Of a stretch of DNA of 64,000 nt, positions 46,378 through 57,966 are shown one piece after another. How positions within the stretch are numbered: the stretch's first letter is position 1; each line of letters starts with the position of its first letter. The notes beneath the pieces were generated by a model. It saw only the letters and a program-made list of their open reading frames with translations, was not told the origin of the DNA and searched no databases. The DNA lies in the IMG/VR virus record IMGVR_UViG_3300047564_002155, positions 32,001 through 96,000 of that record; one strand, given 5' to 3'. The translations under genes and the position numbers were made by a program. This DNA is from a virus.

Positions 46378-48540
46378 ATGCCAAACTGGAAAAAAGTCGT
46401 AGTTAGTGGGAGTAATGTCTCACAACTTTTAAATGATGGTGTTTATTTAAGAACCACGGGTGATGGGGTTATTTCATCATCAGCTCAAATTGCGGGTGAA
46501 ATTAGTGGTGCGTTTACTGCAACATCCGCTTCTTTAAGTGGTAGAATTGATAATTTAAGTTCATCATCTACTGTGTTTGCAAGTACGGGTTCAAACACTT
46601 TCAACGGAGACCAAACTTTTAGTGGTTCTTTATTACCCGACACGACTGAAGTATTTAGTTTAGGTTCGCCTGACAAAGTATGGGAAAGTCTTTATGTAGA
46701 TGGGCAATCCATTTATATGAGAGATACTGCAACAAACACATTTGTTACAATGTCGGCTAATTCAGGTGTCCTTACCTTTAACAACACAAGATTAAATGTT
46801 CCACTTGGAATTACATCATCCAATTTAATACTAACTTCGGTAGTTAATGCTGGAACAAATACAGGTAAATTTCTTGTATTAGACTCTAATGGTAATGTAG
46901 ATTTTAGAACTGAAGTAGAGGTTCGCTCTGATATTGGTGCTCAAAGTTTATCTGCTGGTACATTATCTTCATCCGCACAAATCCAAGCATATGACATTTT
47001 CTTGGAAAAATTGGGTGATAATGTTATTTCATCATCAGCTCAATTAACAACCGAATTTGACACAAGATATCTAAATACAAGTGGTGATGGTGTAATATCA
47101 TCATCCGCTCAAGTTGACCACGATTCAACAACTAACTTTGTAGCAAACGAACACATAGACCACACCACAGTATCTATTTCAGCTGGTAGTGGTTTAAGTG
47201 GTGGTGGAACTATTGCTAGTACACGAACTTTAGCATTAGACACTTCATCTGCTCACTTTACGGATGGTGTAAAAACAAAATTAAATACTGAAGGTGTTAT
47301 TTCATCATCTGCTCAATTAACAGGTACTTTTGATACCCGTTACCTAAACACCACCGGTGATAATGTATTATCTTCATCAGCTCAAATTGCAGGTGAAATT
47401 AGTGGTGCTTTCACCGCTGCATCAGGTGGTTTCTCAACAAGAATTACTTCATTAGAAGCTGCAGGTGGAACTACATTCTCATCTTCGGTTTCTACAAGAT
47501 TAACAAATGTTGAAGGTTACACTCTTGATAATGTAACTGATAATGGTTCATCAACTACCAATGGGATTACAATTGGTGGTTTGACGGTGAATGGTAATGC
47601 TACAATTACAGGTACACTTACCGCACAACAATTTAATACTGAATTTGTATCTTCATCAATTATTTTTGAGTCCGGCTCAACAAAATTTGGTGACTCCGTA
47701 GATGATATTCATTCATTCACAGGTTCAGTAAAGTTAAATACCCAAACTGCTGCTACAACGGATACTGATAAGTTCTTGGTGTTTGATACCGGTGGTGAAA
47801 TTAAATATAGAACTGGTGCAGAAGTTTTAAGTGATATAAATCCTGGTGGTTTAATCTCATCATCTGCTCAACTTACAACCGAGTTTGATACTCGTTACCT
47901 AAATACAACAGGCGATGGAGTTATTTCATCATCAGCCCAATTAACATCCACTTTTGATACCCGTTACTTAAACACCACCGGTGATAATGTATTATCTTCA
48001 TCAGCTCAAATTGCAAGTGAAATTAGTGGTGCTTTTACTGGCGCTGGGTTTGTTGATGTTGGTAGTGCTGCGAGTGCGTCAAGGTTAGCTGTATGGCAAG
48101 ACGGAAACACTATCAGAGGGTATGAGAATATTACAATACACAATAATTCGGTAATTGAGGCTGGTTTATATTTAAGTGGCGGTTCATCCGGAATTGGTCG
48201 TAAAGTATTGCATGGTTCTGGTGGTGGTACTGGTGCTGGACAATTTTCAATATTAAATTGTGGAAACCCGGCGGATTCAATCGGAGCGCATGTTTCATAC
48301 ACAGTGCATGTCTACGGAAATAGAAATGCCGGCTTTAAAGCCGGAACTATTTTAGCAGTGTGGGATACTTCGGGTGGTAATATTCAATATTACGAAACCT
48401 CTACAAGCACATATGGTACATTACCAACCCACCAAGTTTATCCTTTTTTGACTGGAGGGTCTGTATATATTGTTTTAGCAAATAATAGTGGAACCTCATT
48501 GTATGTAACCGCTAACGCTGATATAATGACAACAATATAA
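46378..48540 (+). CDS. SSSAQ-repeat fibre protein
   Basis: Start at ATG 46378 (MPNWKKVVVSGS, paralogous to the start of 45019) rather than GTG 46336; repeated 'FDTRYLNTTGD..ISSSAQ'. Confidence 0.7.
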   Translation: MPNWKKVVVSGSNVSQLLNDGVYLRTTGDGVISSSAQIAGEISGAFTATSASLSGRIDNLSSSSTVFASTGSNTFNGDQTFSGSLLPDTTEVFSLGSPDKVWESLYVDGQSIYMRDTATNTFVTMSANSGVLTFNNTRLNVPLGITSSNLILTSVVNAGTNTGKFLVLDSNGNVDFRTEVEVRSDIGAQSLSAGTLSSSAQIQAYDIFLEKLGDNVISSSAQLTTEFDTRYLNTSGDGVISSSAQVDHDSTTNFVANEHIDHTTVSISAGSGLSGGGTIASTRTLALDTSSAHFTDGVKTKLNTEGVISSSAQLTGTFDTRYLNTTGDNVLSSSAQIAGEISGAFTAASGGFSTRITSLEAAGGTTFSSSVSTRLTNVEGYTLDNVTDNGSSTTNGITIGGLTVNGNATITGTLTAQQFNTEFVSSSIIFESGSTKFGDSVDDIHSFTGSVKLNTQTAATTDTDKFLVFDTGGEIKYRTGAEVLSDINPGGLISSSAQLTTEFDTRYLNTTGDGVISSSAQLTSTFDTRYLNTTGDNVLSSSAQIASEISGAFTGAGFVDVGSAASASRLAVWQDGNTIRGYENITIHNNSVIEAGLYLSGGSSGIGRKVLHGSGGGTGAGQFSILNCGNPADSIGAHVSYTVHVYGNRNAGFKAGTILAVWDTSGGNIQYYETSTSTYGTLPTHQVYPFLTGGSVYIVLANNSGTSLYVTANADIMTTI

Positions 48541-48584
48541 TAATTAAACAATCTGTTTGGAAAGTGAAAAACGGAAGGAACTAA

Positions 48585-49199
48585 ATGGCAAACGAATTTA
48601 TAATTAAAAATGGACTGATTATTCAAGGTGGTGGTGGACTACAAATGTCCGGCTCACTTGGAATTACTGGTTCATTAAACATATCAAGTGTAGTAAACGC
48701 AGGAACTGATACTGATAAGTTCTTGGTATTGGACTCTAATGGTAATGTAGATTTTAGAACAGGTACCGAAGTTCTTTCCGACATTGGTGCAGCCGCATCA
48801 TCCGTAAAAAACTATATAGATTTTAATAATGTAGTTGATTTTAAAACAATTGCTGATGGATACGCACCAATGTGTGGTATTACGGATATCCAAACAAGTG
48901 TAAATTCACCATTTGCACATTGGATTGCACCTTCGGATGGTTATATTGAACGAATTGAAGTAATGGTGGGTGAAACTAATACGGTGACTGATACTTTTTC
49001 AATTCAACCATATAAAAATGGTTCTGTATTGGGGTCATCGGTAGGTAATACACTGGGTGCTGTGAGAACTGTAACTGAATATGTGTTTAGCGCAACATAC
49101 TCATTCTCAAAAAGAGATAAAATTCAGTTTTATATGTCCAAAGGAACCAATACATCAGATTTGTATACATTCAATGTTTACTTCTTCGCTACAACCTAA
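48585..49199 (+). CDS. Short fibre-family protein ([11 protein letters not shown]-terminus)
   Basis: Shares the '[30 protein letters not shown]' module with 46378. Confidence 0.6.
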   Translation: MANEFIIKNGLIIQGGGGLQMSGSLGITGSLNISSVVNAGTDTDKFLVLDSNGNVDFRTGTEVLSDIGAAASSVKNYIDFNNVVDFKTIADGYAPMCGITDIQTSVNSPFAHWIAPSDGYIERIEVMVGETNTVTDTFSIQPYKNGSVLGSSVGNTLGAVRTVTEYVFSATYSFSKRDKIQFYMSKGTNTSDLYTFNVYFFATT

Positions 49200-49219
49200 T
49201 TATTCTAAAGGATAAAAAA

Positions 49220-52200
49220 ATGAGTTTGATACACGCATTACACGAAGATACTTTGTTAGAGGTTAATGGAATACTAACCCCTATCAAGGATATCCAAATT
49301 GGCGATGTAGTAAAAAGTTACAATACTGAAGCCCAAACTATCGGTGAAAGTAAGGTTGTTTCTAAACACATCGGTTTTGATAGTGAATACTACCACATAA
49401 ATTTTAGTGATGGTTCACAATTAAAAACATCCATCAAATCACTTTTCTATTCACAAGATGGTGAATGGTTAACTCCTTTAGATGTATACCACTTAAAAAA
49501 ATCACTCCTTAACGGATTAGAAATCACCTCACTAAAATTAGTTGATGGTGATATTTCTTTTATTAGTATTGAAGTAGAACCCGACCACAACTATTTTGTA
49601 GGTAATCTATTAGTACACAACACAGGTCCTACGGGTCCTACGGGTCCTACTGGAGCTCAAGGTCCTAAAGGTCCCACCGGCTCTACCGGTTCAACGGGCC
49701 CTACCGGCGGTACTGGTCCTCAAGGTCCTATTGGCCCTAAAGGTCCAACCGGACCCGCTTCATCACCTCAAGGTGCTCAAGGTCCAAAAGGTCCTATGGG
49801 TAACTCACCACAAGGTCCAACGGGTCCTACTGGCCCAACAGGTCCTACCGGCCCAACTGGTCCTACTGGAGCTCAAGGTCCCAAAGGACCAACGGGTCCA
49901 ACTGGTCCTACTGGTCCACAAGGTCCAACAGGTCCAACGGGACCAACCGGCCCTACGGGGTCTTCACCACAAGGTCCTGCTGGTCCAAAGGGACCTACGG
50001 GTCCTACTGGCGCAACTGGCCCAACGGGTCCTACTGGTCCTACTGGCGCTAAAGGACCACAAGGTCCTACGGGTCCAACCGGTGGCACGGGTCCAAAAGG
50101 ACCACAAGGTCCTACGGGTCCAACAGGTCCAACAGGTCCTACTGGCCCTACTGGTGCAAAAGGACCACAAGGTCCTACTGGCCCACAAGGTAACCAAGGG
50201 CCAGTTGGCCCATCACCTCAAGGAGCTCAAGGTCCTAATGGACCAACAGGTCCAACCGGCCCTAAAGGACCAACGGGACCAACAGGCCCCACTGGTGCAA
50301 AAGGTCCACAAGGAGGAACAGGTCCTACTGGCCCAACCGGTGGTCAAGGTGCTACTGGCGCTCAAGGTTTCCAAGGACCAACCGGTCCTACCGGACCTAC
50401 TGGCGCAAAGGGTCCACAAGGACCCACTGGTCCACAAGGTAACCAAGGTCCTTCAGGTTCTTCACCCCAAGGTGCTCAAGGTCCAAAAGGACCAACCGGT
50501 CCAACTGGCGCTCAAGGTCCTGTTGGACCAACGGGTCCTACTGGACCAAAAGGACCTCAAGGTCCCACAGGTCCCACAGGCCCAACAGGAAACCAAGGTC
50601 CGATTGGACCAAAGGGTCCGCAGGGGCCAACGGGTGGAACTGGCCCTCAAGGTGGAGTAGGTCCTCAAGGTCCAAAGGGCGACCAAGGTAATTCACCACA
50701 AGGTGCACAAGGTCCGATAGGACCACAAGGAGCTAAAGGACCTGCGGGTTCTTCACCTAAAGGAGACCAAGGTCCACAAGGTGCTCAAGGTCCTAAAGGT
50801 CCCCAAGGAGCTAACCCACAAGGAGACCAAGGACCACAAGGTCCACAAGGTCCTAAAGGACCAACCGGGTCTTCACCTCAAGGAGCTCAAGGTCCTAAAG
50901 GACCACAAGGTCCACAAGGTAACCAAGGACCCGCACCTCAAGGTGACCAAGGTCCTAAAGGCCCACAAGGTCCACAAGGTAATCAAGGACCCGCACCTCA
51001 AGGTGACCAAGGTCCTAAAGGTCCACAAGGTCCACAAGGACAACAAGGACCTGCGCCACAAGGTGACCAAGGTCCTAAAGGTCCACAAGGTGCTCAAGGT
51101 CCGATGGGTAATTCACCTCAAGGACCACAAGGTGCAAAAGGACCACAAGGTGATAAAGGTAATACGGGCTCTTCGCCCAAAGGTGACCAAGGACCACAAG
51201 GCGCTCAAGGTCCTAAAGGTCCTCAAGGAGCTAACCCACAAGGTGACCAAGGACCACAAGGTCCACAAGGTCCTAAAGGTCCTACTGGCTCTTCACCGCA
51301 AGGTGCTCAAGGTCCTAAAGGTCCACAAGGTCCACAAGGTCAACAAGGACCCGCACCTCAAGGTGACCAAGGTCCTAAAGGCCCACAAGGTCCACAAGGT
51401 AATCAAGGACCCGCACCTCAAGGTGACCAAGGTCCTAAAGGACCACAAGGACCACAAGGACAACAAGGTCCAGCGCCTCAAGGTGACCAAGGTCCTAAAG
51501 GTCCACAAGGGCCAAAGGGTGACCAAGGTAATTCACCTCAAGGTGCTCAAGGTCCAACAGGTGCTCAAGGTGATAAAGGTAATACAGGGTCTTCACCTAA
51601 AGGAGACCAAGGTCCACAAGGTGCTCAAGGTCCTAAAGGCCCTCAAGGAGCTAACCCACAAGGTGACCAAGGTCCACAAGGCCCACAAGGTCCTAAAGGT
51701 CCTACTGGGTCTTCACCACAAGGCGCTCAAGGTCCTAAAGGTCCTCAAGGTGATAAAGGTCCAACTGGGTCTTCACCGCAAGGTGCTCAAGGTCCTAAAG
51801 GACCACAAGGTCCACAAGGTAACCAAGGTCCTGCTCCTCAAGGTGACCAAGGTCCTAAAGGTCCTCAAGGCGCTCAAGGTAATCAAGGACCGCAAGGTCC
51901 AATTGGACCTCAAGGTCCTAAAGGCCCTCAAGGTCCTAAAGGTCCTCAAGGAGACAAGGGTCCTCAAGGAGCTGCTCCTCAAGGTGACCAAGGTCCACAG
52001 GGACCAAAGGGTGACCAAGGTAATTCACCTCAAGGCGCTCAAGGTCCTAAAGGTCCTCAAGGAGACAAAGGACCACAGGGTGCGGCACCTCAAGGTGCTC
52101 AAGGTCCTAAAGGTCCACAGGGGGATAAAGGACCACAAGGTTCAATAGGTAACCAAGGAGACCAAGGTCCACAAGGTCCGCAAGGACCAAAGGGTGATGC

Positions 52201-53311
52201 TGGAACCTCACCACAAGGTGCTCAAGGTCCTAAAGGTCCTCAAGGAGACAAAGGTCCTCAAGGAGCTTCACCACAAGGAGCTCAAGGTCCACAAGGTGTT
52301 AAAGGACCACAAGGTCCTAAAGGAACTTCACCTCAAGGTGACCAAGGTCCACAAGGTGCTCAAGGTCCTAAAGGTCCTCAAGGTGATTCACCACAAGGAG
52401 ACCAAGGACCACAAGGTCCTAAAGGAGACCAAGGTAATTCACCTCAAGGTGCTCAAGGTCCTATTGGGGCTCAAGGTCCTAAAGGTCCTCAAGGAGACAA
52501 AGGTCCTCAAGGTGCAAAAGGTCCTCAAGGAGACAAAGGTCCTCAAGGAGACAAGGGTCCTCAAGGAGCTAATCCACAAGGTGACCAAGGTCCACAAGGT
52601 GAAAAAGGACCACAGGGGGATAAGGGAACCTCACCACAAGGTGCTCAAGGTCCTAAAGGTCCTCAAGGAGACAAAGGTCCTCAAGGAGCTTCACCACAAG
52701 GAGCGCAAGGCCCACAAGGTGTTAAAGGACCACAAGGTCCTAAAGGAACTTCACCTCAAGGTGACCAAGGTCCACAAGGTGCTCAAGGTCCTAAAGGTCC
52801 TCAAGGTGATTCACCACAAGGAGACCAAGGACCACAAGGTCCTAAAGGAGACCAAGGTAATTCACCTCAAGGTGCTCAAGGTCCTATTGGGGCTCAAGGT
52901 CCTAAAGGTCCTCAAGGAGACAAAGGTCCTCAAGGTGCAAAAGGTCCTCAAGGAGACAAAGGTCCTCAAGGAGACAAGGGTCCTCAAGGAGCTAATCCAC
53001 AAGGTGACCAAGGTCCTCAAGGACCACAAGGTGCTCAAGGTCCTAAAGGAACGTCACCACAAGGTCCACAAGGAGCTAAAGGTCCTCAAGGTCCTAAAGG
53101 AACTTCACCTCAAGGTGCTCAAGGACCACAAGGTCCTCAAGGAGACAAAGGTCCTCAAGGAGACAAAGGTCAAAAGGGAGAGGCTGCTCTTGGAACTTTA
53201 ATTAGTGGTGTATCACCAGGATTAACTTGGAACGGGTCTCGTGGATTTTTAAGTTTCAATAATGGTGGTGCTACATATGTAATTCATATGTATGTAAGTG
53301 GTTCATTCTAA
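49220..53311 (+). CDS. Hint-domain collagen-like protein, chain 1
   Basis: Residues ~6-134 Hint-like ([14 protein letters not shown]...[18 protein letters not shown]|T); ~1186-residue Gly-X-Y region 49625-53182; short C-terminal domain ending Y.SGSF. Confidence 0.9.
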   Translation: MSLIHALHEDTLLEVNGILTPIKDIQIGDVVKSYNTEAQTIGESKVVSKHIGFDSEYYHINFSDGSQLKTSIKSLFYSQDGEWLTPLDVYHLKKSLLNGLEITSLKLVDGDISFISIEVEPDHNYFVGNLLVHNTGPTGPTGPTGAQGPKGPTGSTGSTGPTGGTGPQGPIGPKGPTGPASSPQGAQGPKGPMGNSPQGPTGPTGPTGPTGPTGPTGAQGPKGPTGPTGPTGPQGPTGPTGPTGPTGSSPQGPAGPKGPTGPTGATGPTGPTGPTGAKGPQGPTGPTGGTGPKGPQGPTGPTGPTGPTGPTGAKGPQGPTGPQGNQGPVGPSPQGAQGPNGPTGPTGPKGPTGPTGPTGAKGPQGGTGPTGPTGGQGATGAQGFQGPTGPTGPTGAKGPQGPTGPQGNQGPSGSSPQGAQGPKGPTGPTGAQGPVGPTGPTGPKGPQGPTGPTGPTGNQGPIGPKGPQGPTGGTGPQGGVGPQGPKGDQGNSPQGAQGPIGPQGAKGPAGSSPKGDQGPQGAQGPKGPQGANPQGDQGPQGPQGPKGPTGSSPQGAQGPKGPQGPQGNQGPAPQGDQGPKGPQGPQGNQGPAPQGDQGPKGPQGPQGQQGPAPQGDQGPKGPQGAQGPMGNSPQGPQGAKGPQGDKGNTGSSPKGDQGPQGAQGPKGPQGANPQGDQGPQGPQGPKGPTGSSPQGAQGPKGPQGPQGQQGPAPQGDQGPKGPQGPQGNQGPAPQGDQGPKGPQGPQGQQGPAPQGDQGPKGPQGPKGDQGNSPQGAQGPTGAQGDKGNTGSSPKGDQGPQGAQGPKGPQGANPQGDQGPQGPQGPKGPTGSSPQGAQGPKGPQGDKGPTGSSPQGAQGPKGPQGPQGNQGPAPQGDQGPKGPQGAQGNQGPQGPIGPQGPKGPQGPKGPQGDKGPQGAAPQGDQGPQGPKGDQGNSPQGAQGPKGPQGDKGPQGAAPQGAQGPKGPQGDKGPQGSIGNQGDQGPQGPQGPKGDAGTSPQGAQGPKGPQGDKGPQGASPQGAQGPQGVKGPQGPKGTSPQGDQGPQGAQGPKGPQGDSPQGDQGPQGPKGDQGNSPQGAQGPIGAQGPKGPQGDKGPQGAKGPQGDKGPQGDKGPQGANPQGDQGPQGEKGPQGDKGTSPQGAQGPKGPQGDKGPQGASPQGAQGPQGVKGPQGPKGTSPQGDQGPQGAQGPKGPQGDSPQGDQGPQGPKGDQGNSPQGAQGPIGAQGPKGPQGDKGPQGAKGPQGDKGPQGDKGPQGANPQGDQGPQGPQGAQGPKGTSPQGPQGAKGPQGPKGTSPQGAQGPQGPQGDKGPQGDKGQKGEAALGTLISGVSPGLTWNGSRGFLSFNNGGATYVIHMYVSGSF
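49625..53182 (+). repeat. Gly-X-Y repeats with 420-bp and 423-bp super-repeats
   Basis: Blocks recur at ~50761/51181/51601 (420 bp) and 52202/52625 (423 bp). Confidence 0.85.
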
Positions 53312-53334
53312 TCCAAAAATAAAGAAGTTCTCTT

Positions 53335-56300
53335 ATGAGTGTTAAAAACGGACAATTAGTCAGATTATATGATGGAAGTGAAACCGCTATTGAAAATCTC
53401 ATTAGTGGTTCTTCCATTGTAGCTGGTGTTGCTTTACCTGGACTTGGATTGGGTGAAACTGATTATAAAACTTGGTCTTCTACTGATATATCATCCACGA
53501 CATTACAACCCGCAAATGTTGTAACAAGAAATACTTTCATCAATTCAGCTATTGAAAAAATTGAATTTAACGATGGTAATCTTGTCGTATCACCAATGCA
53601 AGAAATCCTTGTAAAAGGTGGTGATAATGTATATCTTTTTAAAAGAGCAAAAGATGTAGTCTTAAATTCAGACCATTTAGTAAAATGGAATGGTTCTTCA
53701 CTTGTAGATGAACTAATTACTGAAGCTTATACCATAGACCCGGAAGACGCTTCAAACCTAAACATTGAAGACCTTGATGTTTACCTTGTAAATGGGTATG
53801 TAGTTCACAACGCAGGGACTTCTTATTTTACATCAGATTGTTTAACTTCAGATAATCTTGGTTGTGGTAACTGGCCTAATTTTGATCCTGGCTCATACTC
53901 CAACACTTGTTATTATGTATCGGGTGCTCCTGGAACTGATTGTGCTTATACTTGTGCCACTTGTGAAGAGATTGAATTTGATGCAAACTCCGATGGTGAA
54001 CCTTGTGGTTCTAATAATGAGTGTGACGCAGATACATCACAAGGTCCAACAGGTCCAACAGGTCCTCAAGGTGCAGTCGGTCCTAAAGGTGATAATGGGC
54101 CAACTGGTGGAACGGGCCCGACCGGTCCTCAAGGTGCTGTGGGTCCAATCGGCCCTACGGGTGATACTCCTGACGCACTAACGGGTCCTCAAGGTCCCGT
54201 AGGTCCAAAAGGACCATCGGGTAATTTGGGACCACAAGGTCCCACGGGACCAACAGGTCCAACGGGTGGACAAGGTGGGCAAGGTTCTCAAGGTGCTGTG
54301 GGGCCTGTGGGAGATTCTCCAACCGGAGGACAAGGTAACCAAGGACCTGTTGGTCCTACTGGCCCAACGGGGCCCGCAGGAGCATTAGGTCCGGTAGGAC
54401 CTATCGGACCAACCGGCGACCAAGGACCCACCGGACCAACCGGCCCAACGGGCGCTTCACCCACTGGCCCAGGTGGTGACCAAGGTCCAACGGGCGGAAC
54501 GGGTCCAACCGGTCCTGGTGGAGACCAAGGTCCAACAGGCCCAACAGGTGCAACGGGTGCTTCACCCACTGGTGGTGGTGGTGACCAAGGTCCTGTGGGA
54601 CCTCAAGGGCCAAAAGGACCTTCGGGTAATTTAGGAGCTCAAGGACCTGTTGGCCCAACCGGCCCAACTGGTCCTGTTGGACCTACTGGCGATACAGGTG
54701 CCTCACCAACCGGTCCAGGCGGTGACCAAGGACCCACCGGCCCTACGGGTCCTACGGGCCCCACTGGCGATAGAGGTCCACAAGGTCCTATGGGACCAAC
54801 GGGTGCTTCCCCAACAGGTGGTGGTGGAGACCAAGGACCAACAGGCGCTCAAGGACCTGTTGGTGGAACTCCAGGTCCTGGTGCAGCGGGTCCAATAGGA
54901 CCAGGTGGCGACCAAGGTTCACAAGGTCCTCAAGGTCCAATTGGGGCTTCCCCAACAGGTGGTGGTGGAGACCAAGGACCTCAAGGAGGTCAAGGTTCGC
55001 AAGGACCTACTGGAGATATTGGTGTTGGTGGCGACCAAGGTCCAACTGGCGGACAAGGTAATCAAGGTCCACAAGGATTACAAGGTCCAAAAGGACCTTC
55101 GGGTAATTTAGGTCCTCAAGGACCAATAGGACCTACCGGAGCTGGTGGACCTGCTGGGGATAATGCTCCTAAAGGCGCTCAAGGAGACCAAGGAAATACA
55201 GGTCCTATTGGACCCACCGGTGATGCTGGCCCCAAAGGAGCTCAAGGTGCTCAAGGAAATCAAGGAAATCAAGGTCCAACTGGTGATGCTGCTTTAACAG
55301 GTCCTCAAGGACCAATTGGAGGTGGGGGTGACCAAGGTCCTCAAGGACCTGCAGGAGCAAAAGGTGCTCAAGGTCCAGTTGGTGGTCAAGGAGACCAAGG
55401 CCCTCAAGGACCCGCTGGTCCTAAAGGTGCTCAAGGACCAATTGGAGGTGGAGGTAACCAAGGTCCTCAAGGACCTGCTGGCGGTAAGGGTGCTCAAGGT
55501 CCAATTGGCGGTCAAGGAGACCAAGGTCCTATGGGACCTTCGGGTAATTTAGGCGCTCAAGGACCAATGGGTCCTAAAGGTGACCAAGGTCCAACTGGTG
55601 ATGCAGCCCCAAAAGGTGCTCAAGGAGACCAAGGAAATACAGGTCCTATTGGACCCACCGGTGATGCTGGCCCCAAAGGAGCTCAAGGTGCTCAAGGAAA
55701 TCAAGGTAACCAAGGTCCAACAGGTGATGCTGCTTTAACAGGTCCTCAAGGACCTGTGGGTGTGAAGGGTGACCAAGGTCCTCAAGGACCTGCTGGAGGT
55801 AAAGGCTCTCAAGGTCCTATTGGTGGACAAGGAGACCAAGGTCCTCAAGGGCCTGCTGGGGCTAAAGGTGCCCAAGGTCCAACAGGCGCTGGTGGTGACC
55901 AAGGTCCTCAAGGACCTGCTGGTGGTAAAGGTGCTCAAGGTCCTATTGGTGGGCAAGGCGACCAAGGTCCTAAAGGACCATCGGGTAATTTAGGCCCCCA
56001 AGGTCCAACGGGTGTAAAAGGTAATCAAGGTCCAACCGGCGATGCTGCTGCTAAAGGTGCTCAAGGGGACCAAGGAAATACAGGTCCTATTGGTCCAACT
56101 GGCGATGCTGGTCCTAAAGGTGCTCAAGGTGCTCAAGGTAACCAAGGTAACCAAGGACCAACCGGCGATGCTGCATTAACAGGCGCTCAAGGTCCTATGG
56201 GACCTAAAGGTGACCAGGGTCCAGTGGGTACACCCGCCGAAACCGGGGCTCAAGGTCCTGTTGGCGTAAAAGGTGACCAAGGTCCTCAAGGGCCTGCTGG

Positions 56301-57918
56301 GGCTAAAGGTGCTCAAGGACCTGTTGGTGGACAAGGTGACCAAGGTCCTCAAGGACCACAAAGTGTAGCTACCGAAGGTGGTGATGGATATACTGGTGGA
56401 CCACAAGGTGCTGTTGGTCCAACGGGTGACCAAGGACCTAAAGGTGATGTGGGTCAAAAAGGTGATGATGGTCCTAAAGGGGCTCAAGGTCCTCAAGGAT
56501 TACAAGGTCCTAAAGGTCCTTCGGGAAATTTAGGAGCTCAAGGTCCTGTTGGTGTAAAGGGTGATACTGGTCAAAAAGGTGATGATGGTCCTAAAGGAGA
56601 CCAAGGACCAACTGGTGTTAAGGGAGACCAAGGACCTGCAGGAGAACAAGGACCTAAAGGACCTCAAGGAGCTCAAGGTAATCAGGGTAGACAAGGACCA
56701 ACCGGAGATGCTGCTCTAACAGGCGCTGCTGGTCCAATTGGACCCAAAGGTGACCAAGGTCAAAAAGGTGATGATGGTCCTAAAGGCGCTCAAGGTCCTC
56801 AAGGTAGAGTAGGCCCGCAAGGAGACCAAGGTGATGCTTTTGACGCTTTAACACCACAAGGACCTCAAGGAAATATAGGACCTGTTGGAGTTAAAGGTGA
56901 TGCTGGTCCTAAAGGCGCTCAAGGTCCTCAAGGACTTCAAGGTCAAAAAGGACCATCTGGAAACACGGGCGCTCAAGGACCTCAAGGACCACAAAGTGAT
57001 AAGGGTTCTACGATTGGACCTAAAGGGGACCAAGGATTTTCAGGCGATTATGAAGACACTGCGCCTAAAGGTGACCAAGGTCAAAAGGGTGACCAGGGTC
57101 AAAAGGGGGCTGATGGTCCAAAGGGTGCTCAAGGGGCTCAAGGATTTCAAGGTCCCAAAGGTGACCAAGGACCCACCAATTTAACAGGCCCACAAGGTGC
57201 TGTTGGTGTAAAAGGTGATGTTGGTGTAAAAGGTGATGATGGTCCTAAAGGCGCTCAAGGTCCTCAAGGTAGAGTAGGTCCGCAAGGTGACCAAGGTGAT
57301 GCTTTTGACGCTTTAACCCCACAAGGACCTCAAGGAAATGTAGGACCTGTTGGAGTTAAAGGTGATGCTGGTCCCAAAGGAGCTCAAGGTCCTCAAGGAT
57401 TACAAGGTCCAAAAGGACCGTCTGGAAACGCCGGTGCTCAAGGACCTCAAGGACCACAAAGTGATAAGGGTTCTACCATCGGTCCTAAAGGAGACCAAGG
57501 ATTTTCAGGCGATTATGAAGACACTGCACCCAAAGGCGATGTTGGACCTCAAGGTGACCAAGGTCAAAAGGGGGCTGATGGTCCTAAAGGAGCTCAAGGT
57601 GCCGCGGGAAATCAAGGACCACAAGGTGGCCAAGGAACATCCGCATTATCGGGCGCTGAAGGTGCTGTTGGACCACAAGGTGAACAAGGACCAACGGGAG
57701 ATTCTCCAACTGCTGAACAAAATGGACCACAAGGAGCACAAGGTATAGCTCCGGGTCCTAAAGGTGATTTTGGTCAAAAAGGTGAAAAGGGAAGTCAACT
57801 TGAAGGTGGTTACTTTGAGTGGAGTGATACTGATAATAAACTATACTTTAAAGAGTATGGTTGGACTGCCGGTGATAGATTATTTGTTGTAGAATTATAC
57901 AGGTCAGGTTCATTTTAA
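53335..57918 (+). CDS. Hint-domain collagen-like protein, chain 2 (with 8-Cys domain)
   Basis: Residues 2-159 Hint-like ([21 protein letters not shown]...[19 protein letters not shown]|A); 8-Cys segment; ~1252-residue Gly-X-Y region 54043-57798; C-terminus LYRSGSF. Confidence 0.9.
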   Translation: MSVKNGQLVRLYDGSETAIENLISGSSIVAGVALPGLGLGETDYKTWSSTDISSTTLQPANVVTRNTFINSAIEKIEFNDGNLVVSPMQEILVKGGDNVYLFKRAKDVVLNSDHLVKWNGSSLVDELITEAYTIDPEDASNLNIEDLDVYLVNGYVVHNAGTSYFTSDCLTSDNLGCGNWPNFDPGSYSNTCYYVSGAPGTDCAYTCATCEEIEFDANSDGEPCGSNNECDADTSQGPTGPTGPQGAVGPKGDNGPTGGTGPTGPQGAVGPIGPTGDTPDALTGPQGPVGPKGPSGNLGPQGPTGPTGPTGGQGGQGSQGAVGPVGDSPTGGQGNQGPVGPTGPTGPAGALGPVGPIGPTGDQGPTGPTGPTGASPTGPGGDQGPTGGTGPTGPGGDQGPTGPTGATGASPTGGGGDQGPVGPQGPKGPSGNLGAQGPVGPTGPTGPVGPTGDTGASPTGPGGDQGPTGPTGPTGPTGDRGPQGPMGPTGASPTGGGGDQGPTGAQGPVGGTPGPGAAGPIGPGGDQGSQGPQGPIGASPTGGGGDQGPQGGQGSQGPTGDIGVGGDQGPTGGQGNQGPQGLQGPKGPSGNLGPQGPIGPTGAGGPAGDNAPKGAQGDQGNTGPIGPTGDAGPKGAQGAQGNQGNQGPTGDAALTGPQGPIGGGGDQGPQGPAGAKGAQGPVGGQGDQGPQGPAGPKGAQGPIGGGGNQGPQGPAGGKGAQGPIGGQGDQGPMGPSGNLGAQGPMGPKGDQGPTGDAAPKGAQGDQGNTGPIGPTGDAGPKGAQGAQGNQGNQGPTGDAALTGPQGPVGVKGDQGPQGPAGGKGSQGPIGGQGDQGPQGPAGAKGAQGPTGAGGDQGPQGPAGGKGAQGPIGGQGDQGPKGPSGNLGPQGPTGVKGNQGPTGDAAAKGAQGDQGNTGPIGPTGDAGPKGAQGAQGNQGNQGPTGDAALTGAQGPMGPKGDQGPVGTPAETGAQGPVGVKGDQGPQGPAGAKGAQGPVGGQGDQGPQGPQSVATEGGDGYTGGPQGAVGPTGDQGPKGDVGQKGDDGPKGAQGPQGLQGPKGPSGNLGAQGPVGVKGDTGQKGDDGPKGDQGPTGVKGDQGPAGEQGPKGPQGAQGNQGRQGPTGDAALTGAAGPIGPKGDQGQKGDDGPKGAQGPQGRVGPQGDQGDAFDALTPQGPQGNIGPVGVKGDAGPKGAQGPQGLQGQKGPSGNTGAQGPQGPQSDKGSTIGPKGDQGFSGDYEDTAPKGDQGQKGDQGQKGADGPKGAQGAQGFQGPKGDQGPTNLTGPQGAVGVKGDVGVKGDDGPKGAQGPQGRVGPQGDQGDAFDALTPQGPQGNVGPVGVKGDAGPKGAQGPQGLQGPKGPSGNAGAQGPQGPQSDKGSTIGPKGDQGFSGDYEDTAPKGDVGPQGDQGQKGADGPKGAQGAAGNQGPQGGQGTSALSGAEGAVGPQGEQGPTGDSPTAEQNGPQGAQGIAPGPKGDFGQKGEKGSQLEGGYFEWSDTDNKLYFKEYGWTAGDRLFVVELYRSGSF
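54043..57798 (+). repeat. Gly-X-Y repeats with 441-bp and 465-bp super-repeats
   Basis: Blocks recur at 55180/55621/56062 (441 bp) and 56767/57232 (465 bp). Confidence 0.85.
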
Positions 57919-57932
57919 TACATTCAATTCCA

Positions 57933-57940
57933 TATTTATA
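57933..57940 (+). promoter_or_regulatory. Putative late promoter TATTTATA (hydroxylase/glycosyltransferase genes)
   Basis: Recurrent intergenic motif; implies late co-expression with structural genes. Confidence 0.5.
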
Positions 57941-57966
57941 ATAAAGTTTAAAAAATAAGTTTTGTT

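Noticed and set aside
49220-53814. Hint domains as mobile splicing inteins
   Set aside because: No homing endonuclease, essentially no N-extein, block-B His missing, and Ala at +1 in the second; flanking ORFs are in different frames, so no read-through extein.
49731-57748. Long alternative-frame ORFs inside the collagen genes (KVLKVHKV-type on +, WTLWSF-type on -)
   Set aside because: Shadow frames of Gly-X-Y codon repeats; low complexity, no independent start signals.
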